NCBI GenBank assembly: GCA_001662655.1
Contig: KV460213.1
Direction: 5' to 3' (one strand)
DNA from: Pseudogymnoascus verrucosus
Taxonomy: Eukaryota
Length of the DNA: 64,000 nucleotides
The notes beneath the pieces are model-generated. The model saw only the letters and a list, made by a program, of their open reading frames with translations, was not told where the DNA came from and did not search any database. The position numbers and the translations under genes were made by a program. Every line of letters begins with the position of its first letter. The first letter of the stretch is position 1. Below, one piece after another: positions 51,687 through 61,456 of this stretch.

Positions 51687-53931
51687 TTACCAGTCATCAT
51701 CCTCATCAGCGGCGGTGACGCTGGGAGCAGTCACGGTGACAGTTGGGATTGGGACCTCGATCTCCTTACCCTTACCCTTGATGTCGATAGCGCTAACGCG
51801 CGGCACATTGGGGTTGACCGGCTCGAGGACGGCAGGGGCCGCAGGAGCAACGACCTTCTGCTCTGGCTGAGCGGTAGGGTCACGTGGCTTCATGCCTGGC
51901 AGGAAGCGCGGCATGGTGGGGGTATTCATGACGAGGTTCTTGCTGACGGTGTCGGCGAGGACATCAATGAGCTTATCAGCCACCGGAGCGGCAGCCTCCT
52001 CCTCAGCATCGTCGCCGCCAAAGTCGGAGTCGACCTCGAACTGCAGCTCGGCGGCGCCGCCCTCGGGGACGAAGGCCTGCAGGAAGTCAGGGATGGGCTG
52101 GTTGGTCTCGCTGAGAGTCTTGACGAGGTCGAGGGCCAGGTCCTCGTTGCGGTCGCAGTAGAATGAGGTGGCGAGGCCGCGGTTGCCGATGCGCGCGGTG
52201 CGGCCTGGGAGGGGGGGTTAGTTTGGGGTTGAGAGAGATGAAGAAGGGGAGGGGACTTACCAATGCGGTGGGTATACTCCTCGATACCGCCAAAGTCGGC
52301 GTTGGGAAGATCGAAGTTGATGACGTGCATCACGTTCTTGATGTCGAGACCACGAGCAGAGACTCCGGTCGCGACGAGGATGCCAACAGCACCAATGCGG
52401 AAGGAGCGAATAGCGTCTTCACGCTCGCGCTGGGTGCGATCGGAGTGGATCGACGTAGAGGGCATACCGATGTTGTAAAGGTAGTCGTCGAGCTCGTCGG
52501 CACTACGCTTGCTGTTGACAAACACAATGGTACGGGCGGGGGGACGCGAGTACAAGAAGTCGAGGAGGGCCTGGCGCTTGGCGGATGGCTCGACATAGAT
52601 GATGTTCTGCTCGATGTTGGTGGATGTGGATCCAGCACGGCCGACGCGGATGCGGACAAAGTCGTTGGCAAGGTGCTCCTTTGCAAGGTCGCGGGCGGCC
52701 TTGGGGAAGGTCGCAGAGAACATCATGTACGTAATGTTGCCATCCTCCTGGTCTGGGAAGGAGTTAGCTTGGGATCGATGTGAAGATCGATCTGGGGATT
52801 GGAGGAGGACTTACCACCACCGTTCATGATGACCTTGAACTCATCTTCCCAGTCAGGGCTGAGCATCTCATCGGCCTCATCGACAATCATGTACTTGAGG
52901 CGGCACAGAGAGAGGCGCTCTGGCTCATTTGTGATGAAATCAACGAGACGACCTGGAGTTCCAATGAGAACATCGCAGCCCTTGGCGATTTGGTTGAGCT
53001 GGTCGCGGCGGGGCCCACCACCATACACAACACAGGGACGGAGCATCGAGCGGTAGCAGAAACGACGGGCCTCGTTGAAAATCTGCACGGCAAGCTCACG
53101 GTTGGGACAAACGATGAGCATGAGTGGCTCGGCACGAGCAAAGTTGCGAGAATCCGGGACAAAAGTCGCGGGGTTGGGGCGTGGTGCACACAACTTCTTG
53201 GCCTTGCCCATGAGTTTGGACAGGGTGGGGATCAAGAAAGCACCAGTCTTGCCGGAACCTAGGAAAGATTATCAGGTTGTGGGTGATGGTTGAGAGTATT
53301 GGAGAAGACCTACCGGTCTGGGCACAGGCGACAATATCATGACCCTGGAAGATGGCGGGCAATGTGTAGCACTGAACAGGTGTGGGAACGGTATAGCCAG
53401 CCAGACGAACATTGGCAAGCATGACAGGGTGGAGTCCGGCATCATCAAAGCTGAGAACAGGCTTGATGCGAATGGTGCCCTCTTGGACAACATTGATGGA
53501 GGTAACACTGCAAAAGATTAGAAGAGAACGGGAATGGAGGAGCAAGAAACATACCCAGAGAAATCGATGCCAGTAGTAACGTGGACATCAGATCCGAAGA
53601 GCTGCTTCTCAAGAACAGGGTGAGCTGGGCCCACGTCGCCAAACTCGTCACACCACTCATACACAGTGGCGTTGTTGGCCCATCCCTCATCCTGGAGAAC
53701 GTCGCCAGGAGCGAGAATAGGGCCTTCACCCTCAGCGGCGCGGCGCTCGGCCTCGGTCATGTTGTAGGCCGCATAGTTATATGCGACACGGGTGGCATGG
53801 CCGCTCTGCTTGATCCACTCGGAGTGGCGGGGATCCTCTGGGAGGTTGGGGTCGAAAGGGCTACGAACCTCCTCGTCCTTGCCATCTTCCTTGCCATCAG
53901 GCAAAACAGGAGCAGCAACGTCTGCTGACAT
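51687..53931 (-). CDS. DEAD-box RNA helicase, Ded1/DDX3/Vasa-like divergent paralogue
   Basis: Q motif YTVPTPVQ, AQTGSGKT, PNRELAVQ, TPGRL, DEAD, FSAT, ARGLD, HRIGRTARIG over five exons. The N-terminus may extend to an upstream exon (acceptor-like site near 53948). Confidence 0.88.
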
Positions 53932-54966
53932 TGTTGCGGATTGTGTCTGCTCGGGGGATGTCAGTTTGGTGGGTTGGTGGATGTGGAGAGAGGATAAAAA
54001 GGTGAGATGGTGAGGTGGTGAGAAGGTGATGGGAGGGAAACATTGAGGTGGGTTCTTTGTTGTGGGTGTTGCCCATAGTGTCAAAGAGGCCCAAGAGACC
54101 CAACTGATGGAAACTGGCAGAACCAACTGTCCACCAGGTCATCCATCTTTGATAGGTGGTGTCCGATCTGTGAAGTTGGAGATAGGAATAAAAAGGTGAG
54201 GATAGTAGATTGAAACGTGAATAATGGACAGCAAAACAAAGACCGGAAGGATACATACACTGTAGGTCAGGTTTCAACAGGTTTGTTGGAGGTCTATGAT
54301 CAAAGGAAGTAAGTACAAAGCCACATCTCATACTGTCAATATCGTATCCACCTTGAAGGATGCTTTCTGTGTGTCCATCATGTTATGGAACGCGTGTTTA
54401 TACCTTTCCTCAAGATGGAGATAGCTTCATATGAGAATGGCAACATACCTTTTGATAGTAGAATAGCAAACCTCCTGAATCTAAAGGAGGATATGAAGGA
54501 GAAACGTTTTCAAAGTCACAGAATGACCCCTTGAAGACGTTGAGGATGTGGAGAGAGAAATAAGGAAGAAAGGAGGAAGAGAGGAGAGGGAAAGAAAACA
54601 AGAAGCCTCTCTCTGCAGTGAACTCACATACGATTGCAGTGCGCTTAGCTAAATCAATGCTAGCGAGCCCTTTCACTCATGAGAACAATAGTTTTCCCGA
54701 GTCCGAGTCCTTATTCCCGACGCTGATTGGCTAAGAGGAGGAGCATCATAGTAGAGATTCGCTTCGATAGGCGTTACGGCGCTAAACGCTTTCCATAGGA
54801 TTTTGGCCTCGATATTGCCTAATCGGGAAGTTATGTACCTTTGTACGTTTAGTATATAACGACTGCTTAGTCGCCCGGCCGGAGGTAACCGTCCACAAAC
54901 GCCGACGACCACATTTCGAAAGACCGACACCGACTGCACCCTATACTGCCCGCCATACTGTCCGCT

Positions 54967-57056
54967 ATGGCTGACGAAGAAGAGATCCCAATTGATGTCC
55001 AAGGATATCTGAGCATTACTGGTATGTTTTATTTTTTTATTGTTCGATCTTTCTTTGACCTCTTTCTGTTTACCCAAAACCCCTTGCTCACAGTTCTTGT
55101 TCTGTCCTGTCGTTGCCCATTCACCGGCACTCTTCCCCCTTTCCCCCTTCCCCGTTCCTGTCGCCCCTTTGTGGGCTCTCCGTCACGGTGCAGTGTTATC
55201 GCTGCCACCGTGACGGAGAAAGAATTTCCAGTTCCCAGGAACGGTGCGGTGACGACCACCACACCGTTCCTGAGAACACCATCCTCCTCCTCCGGCACCA
55301 AGCGGTGCCCACCACAGGACCGTTCCTGTGGTCGAACTTCGACCTCTCCGTCACGGTGCAGCACCATTGCTGCCACCGTGATGGAGAAGTGAAATTCAGT
55401 TCTCAGGAACGGTGCTGTGAACACCACAGCACCGTTCCCAAGAACACTTTCTCCCTCCTCCGTCGCTAAGTGGTGACAACCATAGGACCGTTCCTGTGGT
55501 TGATTTTATTCCTCTCCGTTGCGGTGCAGCAACATTGCTGCCACCGCGACAGAGATTGGAATTTCCGTTCTTAGGAACGGTGTCGTGGACACCACAGCAC
55601 CGTTCCTGAGAACTCATTTTCCCACCTGCGTCGCTCTGCAGTGCAGAGTGACGCACCGTTCCTCACAATCCCCTTCCCTGCCTCCGTTGCTGTGCGGTGC
55701 TCAACACCGCACCGTTTCTCACAGCCCCCTCGTTTTCCTCCGTTGCTGTGCGGTGCCCATTTTGGCACCATTCCTCACAGCCCACTTTCTTCCCTCCGTT
55801 GCTGTGCGGTGAATCGCACAGCACCGTTCCTCCCCTCACCTCCCCCCCAACAGTCACGTGTGGTGCACAACATGCGCACCACACCGTGGCTGTCAACAAC
55901 TTCCTCTTCCTCCTTCCCTCATCCTCTTCTCAACTTCATCAATCCTCACCTCCCTCCATCCACCACCTCGGTGCGGTTTTCACCACCGCACCATTCCTCT
56001 CAACACCCTTTTTCTACTTCGTAGACATACATTCCTCTTCCCCCTCTCACCATCACGGTGCGGTTTTCACACTGCACCGTGATGGCTACCAAACCTTTTT
56101 TACTCCGTTCGTCCTCACAATTCCCTGTCTTTCTGTCTCCCTCCTTCAGTTTCCACCAGCTAACACTTCTCCCAGGTATGCCGGCTTACAACCCGGCATA
56201 TCCTCCTCGGGGGATCCCCCTCCGACCTCTCCCTGGTGCCGGTGCTGCGGTGGTGGCACCACCACCACCATCTGGGTGGGACGCTCCGGCGTCCTGGGAC
56301 GTCATCCGACGTCTCAGTTTCAACCCATTCTTAGCACCACCGCCAGCACCGGTGCCAGTCCCGGAGAGGCCACCCCCACCCCCTCCAGCTGCCCGCACTC
56401 CTTCTCCCGCGGCCCCTCGCACCCCATCTCCTCCTCCACCACCACCACCGCCACCCCGAACTCCGAGCCCAGCTCACCTCCGCCCGTCGGCCTCCACCCG
56501 ACGCGCAAACCCCGCGGACGTCGCACGCCAAACTGCGGCTCTCCAGGCCCTGAATCGATTTGCGTCGAACCGCGAGGCTGCCGATGCATCCGAGGCCGCC
56601 GCATCCGCCATCTCAGCTGACGTTATCGCATCAGCTCCCGACCCAGTTGCAGCCGAGGAAGAGGCCACCGAAGCACACAGGGCCTTCCACCGCGAGCTCA
56701 CCCTCGCCATGCTCGAGGGAACCGCATACGTCTATCCCGATGGAGAGCCCGTGACTCTCGACGGAGGCCCCATGCGCATGGCAGGCCTGGTCGCATACAC
56801 CACTGGGGAAGAGGAGCAGCCTGAGCAATCTTGGGCCGATTGGTCCAGGGAGAATCGCTGGAGAATGCCAGTTGTTTGGGGTGGTGGTGGTGGGGATCCT
56901 AACTTCACCTACTTCGATCATGCACATGAGGCTGGTGCCGAGCCTTTTTGCTTTTCTTGGGGATGCTGGACCTGCTATTGTGGCCCGGGATGCTGTGGTG
57001 GTGGTGGTCGCTCTGCCAGGAACAGACGCGCGTGGACTCCTGGGAACTTGGATTGA
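54967..57056 (+). CDS. Orphan Pro-rich protein with Cys/Trp-rich C-terminus (about 311 aa), two exons
   Basis: Exon 1 54967-55021 (MADEEEIPIDVQGYLSIT-G) ends at a GTATGT donor; CTAAC...CCCAG acceptor at 56175; exon 2 56176-57056 is in phase. No recognisable domain. Confidence 0.5.
55120..55900 (+). repeat. Tandem array of 56-bp palindromic monomers with a 168-bp (3x56) higher-order repeat
   Basis: Monomer starts at 55176, 55232, 55288, 55344, 55400, 55456, 55512, 55568, 55624, 55680, 55736, 55792, with degenerate copies near 55120, 55848, 55960 and 56046. Shared core GTGCGGTG...CACCGTTCCT; CTCTCCGT recurs at 55176, 55344 and 55512. Confidence 0.92.
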
Positions 57057-57349
57057 GGTGAGTTCTTTGTGTGATTGTTTGGTGATTGGATTTGGGCTAA
57101 TTTTGTGGATAGTTGCATGAGGTTTCTTCTGGACTGCATGGCGCATTCACGACATGGTTGGGTTCTGGCATGAGATACGAGCATTATGATCACGATTCAT
57201 TCACGGGCATACGATTCTTTGATGCCGTCACGATACTGCACGATTCTCTTTTCATCGGCTTTCAGACCCGATACAGCATCCTGCGCACAATGCACCAAAG
57301 AGCATCCAGAAGCACCATCACGAATCCACGATTTCATTTCCACCAGGAA

Positions 57350-57523
57350 CATATTACAAACCAGTGCCACTCGACGATACCGACGCACTCTTCTTTCGAT
57401 TTTCTTTCTGACTTTACTTGATTTCATTTCTCTTTCAACAATCCTTGCTCGCCATAATACCCAGTTCTTCGGCATACAAGAGCATATTACAACAAACAGT
57501 GCCACTCGACGATACCGACGCAC
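57350..57523 (+). repeat. About 40-bp direct repeat (CATATTACAA..CAGTGCCACTCGACGATACCGACGCAC), two copies
   Basis: Copies at about 57350-57388 and 57483-57523. Confidence 0.85.
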
Positions 57524-58708
57524 CATTCATTCGACTTTCTTTTCGATTTCTTCCGACTTTCCTTTCGATCTCGATTTTCGACAAAAACATTCCAGGAGCA
57601 CCAAAAAAAAACCCTTCTGATTCGATTTTTCACTTCGCTTCTTCTTCAACTCATTTCATTTTCGATAAAAGCCTTGGGATAATTTCTGGGAGGAGTATAC
57701 AGGCGCACCAGGCATTGTCACAGAGAGTTTGTACCACGCACACGCACAGTTCAGCAAGAAGAGTTCAGCAATTGAAAAACTTTAAATTGGCATTTTCTTC
57801 CTTTGTGACCTTTGTGAAATATGATGCACTGTAGTTATCTCACGTGATTAATAGGGGTAAACAAATATTCACGTGATTTGGATTTCTGGGGTGTGGATTT
57901 TTACGTGTTTTGTGAGTTTTAGTGCTTTTGGGTGAGTGTGGGTGATTGTGTGTGTGTGCGAGGGCTAGGGTTTGCTTGCTTTGTTTACGCAGGTTACGCG
58001 TTATTGTGTTTGTGGAATTGCGTGGGTGATTACTCTCGTGGCAGTAAGCGGTGCTGGTGACTGTTCTTTATTATACCCGTTCCAGGAACTCAAGTCGCAA
58101 ATTTGTAGAAGGGAGCTTGTGGAAGGAAGCGAAGAGATGAATAGCACAGGTCACGCGGGGCACTGGGGGAGGGGGAGCAGGAGAAGTGCAAAGGTAGGTA
58201 TGCATTTCTTCTATCAATCATCGATCTGATTCTCGTATACTAGAGTACAGTCGCACCTTGTCATCGCATCCTATTCATCCATCCATCCATCCCACCATCA
58301 CTCCATCTGTCTGTCTGTCCGTTATCATGCATATCCTACCCCCTCTCTCCCTCATTGTATCCATCCTGGTACTCGTAAATACTATAACTCCTTCCCTCAC
58401 ACTGTACTGTAATCCCCTCATAATGCATGCAGCTCTCCAGCCAGTCCAGATCGACATATACCACACCGTAAAATGCTCAAAGACAAAGACAAAGAGAAAC
58501 TAGCAAGATAGCCTTTAGATGGCTGTTCGTAAAAGCAAAAGCAAAGCAAAGCAAATCTCCGAGACAAAAGCAAAAACACCCCGAACACCGCGTCGTGCAA
58601 GTTTCGTAGATTTAGCAAAAAGCAAAAAGCAAATAATCAGGAGTCGAGTAGTATATGCACTCAGTTGAGGGGGGGGGTGTAATCAAGTTCCCAACTAACA
58701 AGCTCCCC

Positions 58709-61456
58709 TCACTCCTCCTCCTCCTCCTCCACCAACGCCGGCGTCCTCCTCTCATTCCTCCTCTTCGGCCTCCTATGTCTCGAACTCGAGATATTACTCG
58801 CACTATCATCCGGCGCGATCTCCTCTTCCGCCCACTCACTCCCACTCTCGCTTTCCTCTCCCTGCCACCCCCCTCCACCACCACCACCACCCCAACCACC
58901 CGCCGCACTCTCCCCACCAGGCGTAGCAGCGCGGACTCCTATCCCGACACCGCCACGACGAGATTGCGCAGCCATCGCTAACCCAGCGCCTCGTTGACGG
59001 AGCGCTTGTCGCACGACCTCGGCTTTGCGGTGGAGTGCTTCGAAGGCGTCTTCGAGTGCTTCCATGCCAGCGTAGATATCGCGTTCTATCTCGGCTAGGA
59101 CGGCGATCTCGGCGTCTTCGTCGCTGGAGACGGGGTGGCGACCGCCTTGGAAGGGGGTGCCGGGGATGCTTGGTGGTGGGAAGGCTGATGGTGTTGGGTT
59201 GCGACTTGGAGGCGGGGAGGTGTCGAATGCGTTCCTGAGAGGAGGGGGGGAGAATGGGTACCGACCCGCTGGCGTGGGACCGCGGGATGGAGGAGCGGCA
59301 GAGGAGGGCGTTGGGCCGCGGGAGGGCGGGGAGGGGAAGTTGGGATCAGAAGGAGGAGAGGACATCGCAGAAGCGTCTAGATCCGCGCCAGACCAGAGAA
59401 ACCCATCAAAGCGTCCCGAAATCAGGATTTCCCACTCCGCAGTATTGATAAGCGACAGCGTAGTAAGCAGGTGATGCAGTGATGGGTTATGGAGGAGGTA
59501 AATCGCAGCTTCTGGATCGCGTGGCGCGGTTGGGAGGCGGTAGAGCCGCTGGATCGCGAGGGTTGTCTTGGCGATGAATTCGGAGCGGACTTTTGGCGCT
59601 GGGGTGGGAGAGCGCGTTGTGGGCACGGTGGCGGAGCCGGCGAGGAGGGCGGAGAAGATGGGGCGGGAGGAGGAGGGAAGGTGGGTGAGGATTGTGAAGG
59701 AGAGAGTGTCGTCGTCGATATCTGGCGGGGGTGGAGCGGCGGTGCCGGGGGTGGCGGAGAGCCATTTATCGACTACCGCTTTGGTTTTCTTACTCTGTCG
59801 GAGATAATGCTCGCGGTACTCCTCAGCGATGTCCGGGTCGATTTTCTGGGGCGAGGAAGGACGACCATCGTCGGTGAGGGGGGAGAGACCCAGCCCCGTT
59901 GCCGTGGCGCCGAAATCGAAGGCGGGGTAGGGGGGGAGACTCCGGCGGCCGCTGACCCATTCGAGAACGTCGCCCCAGCCGAGGGCGCGGGAGTGGTAGA
60001 GGCGCGCGTCGGGGTCGGAGGAGCACATTATGCACGTGCATCCTTCGGCGGAGAGTTCGCGGGCGAAGACGTTTTCAAGGCGGTCGAGGAGTTTGCGCGC
60101 GATGGAGCGATAGCCTGTTGCCACAGCCACAGAGCCATTTTTGTCGAGCACCGTCTCGTATTGGTCGAGGAGGCTGTAGAAGGGGCCGAAGACCTTTTCG
60201 ATGTCTGGAGGGGGGGGAACGGAGGCGCGGCCGGGGTAGGCGGTGGTGGTGTGGGAGGGGGTTACGGCGAGGAGGACTTTGGGGATGGGGCGGGGGAGGC
60301 CGCCGTTTTGCATCAGGTAGTCGACGCGGGGGATGTTGATGGGGACCATGGGTGGTGGTGGTGGGGGCGGGGGAAGGGGTGAGTCGAAGTTGGATTGTTG
60401 TTGGCCGCCGGGAGCCTCGAAATTCACAAATGGTGAAGGTGTGGGTCTGAAGTCGCGTGCGAAGTTCTTGGGATCGTGGGCGTCGAATTTTGGTGTTGCT
60501 GTGGGTGTGCGTGGAGATGCGGACTCGCGGTTGCTCTGCCCTGAGTCGGTATCTAGACCTGGTGGTCGTCCTCCAGATCCCGCTGCGACTTGTTGGGGTT
60601 GTGTACGCTTTGGAGCAACAGATGTGGCGTTCGAATCGAATCCTGACCTCGACTGTCCCTCATCGCTGAGATAGTCGTCCTCCACGACCTCCACGACCTC
60701 CACGACATCAACCCTAGGCCTCGACGACTTCCTCGCCGTGCCTCTCGAGTCCTTCGATTTCGTAGATACCTTCGACCGGTCATCCCTAATAACCTTCGGC
60801 CGTCCAAACCACGATCTCTCTGACCCTCGCGAGCTCGGCCTTGACCCCTTCGCCTCTTCCTCCCTGATCTTGGCCGCTCTTGTCGGTGTCGACGTGCTGC
60901 TCTTCCTCTGCGCCGACAACTCCGTATCTGGCGGTGTGAGCGGCCCATCCCTCTTCAGACTCTCCTGCGACCCCCTCGCTCCCTTAGCCTTCAAACTCTC
61001 TTGGGATCCCCTCGCACCCTTCGACTTTAAACTCTCCTGTGACCCCCTCGCCTTGTGCGCATCAATATCCGTCGGCTCCGGCGTATACACATCCGGTTTA
61101 TTCAAATCTACCCTGCTATACACCGCATCCTTACTATGCGCCTTACTTAAACTTGGATACGGCAAGCTCTCCCTGCTTGCTCCCGGCGCCGACGCCGTCC
61201 TCGACAGCTCCGGGACCAGATCCGCCATCGACGCACTGGGCTCTGACTCTGCATTAATGTCGCCCTGCCCCTCCTTCTCCTTCTCGCGCTTGCGTCTCCG
61301 CACCGGCAGTCCCGTCTCCGGGTCGATAGGTCGGGGCTTGGAGGAGCGAGGTTTCTTGGGCTTGTTGGGGTCGCGTTCGCGTTTTTCGCGGGCGCGGCGC
61401 TCGGAGGGACGCTCGCTGGGCTCGGTGGCGGCGTCGGCGGCGAGGGATGATGGCAT
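58709..61456 (-). CDS. Conserved-looking hypothetical fungal protein with a CxCxxC motif and C-terminal coiled coil
   Basis: Single long ORF, likely start MPSSLAAD at 61456. Globular-looking core RVDYLMQNGGLP...GYRSIARKLLDRLENVFARELS..CTCIMC...EWEILISGRFDGFLWSG; tail APDDSASNISSSRHRRPKRR; internal ARGSQESLK x3. Confidence 0.8.
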   Translation of the reverse strand: MPSSLAADAATEPSERPSERRAREKRERDPNKPKKPRSSKPRPIDPETGLPVRRRKREKEKEGQGDINAESEPSASMADLVPELSRTASAPGASRESLPYPSLSKAHSKDAVYSRVDLNKPDVYTPEPTDIDAHKARGSQESLKSKGARGSQESLKAKGARGSQESLKRDGPLTPPDTELSAQRKSSTSTPTRAAKIREEEAKGSRPSSRGSERSWFGRPKVIRDDRSKVSTKSKDSRGTARKSSRPRVDVVEVVEVVEDDYLSDEGQSRSGFDSNATSVAPKRTQPQQVAAGSGGRPPGLDTDSGQSNRESASPRTPTATPKFDAHDPKNFARDFRPTPSPFVNFEAPGGQQQSNFDSPLPPPPPPPPMVPINIPRVDYLMQNGGLPRPIPKVLLAVTPSHTTTAYPGRASVPPPPDIEKVFGPFYSLLDQYETVLDKNGSVAVATGYRSIARKLLDRLENVFARELSAEGCTCIMCSSDPDARLYHSRALGWGDVLEWVSGRRSLPPYPAFDFGATATGLGLSPLTDDGRPSSPQKIDPDIAEEYREHYLRQSKKTKAVVDKWLSATPGTAAPPPPDIDDDTLSFTILTHLPSSSRPIFSALLAGSATVPTTRSPTPAPKVRSEFIAKTTLAIQRLYRLPTAPRDPEAAIYLLHNPSLHHLLTTLSLINTAEWEILISGRFDGFLWSGADLDASAMSSPPSDPNFPSPPSRGPTPSSAAPPSRGPTPAGRYPFSPPPLRNAFDTSPPPSRNPTPSAFPPPSIPGTPFQGGRHPVSSDEDAEIAVLAEIERDIYAGMEALEDAFEALHRKAEVVRQALRQRGAGLAMAAQSRRGGVGIGVRAATPGGESAAGGWGGGGGGGGWQGEESESGSEWAEEEIAPDDSASNISSSRHRRPKRRNERRTPALVEEEEEE

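Noticed and set aside
55120..55900. CRISPR array interpretation of the regularly spaced palindromic repeats
   Set aside because: Eukaryotic context, no cas genes, and no invariant repeat alternating with unique spacers; whole monomers are homologous to one another.
54967..56620. Overlapping ORFs through the hairpin array (54967-55392, 55029-55427, 55113-55469, 55697-56620)
   Set aside because: By-products of GC-rich palindromic repeats; the 56-bp period is not a multiple of 3, which argues against a coding repeat.
58530..58635. GCAAA(A) microsatellite-like runs
   Set aside because: Ordinary simple repeats in a 3' UTR.
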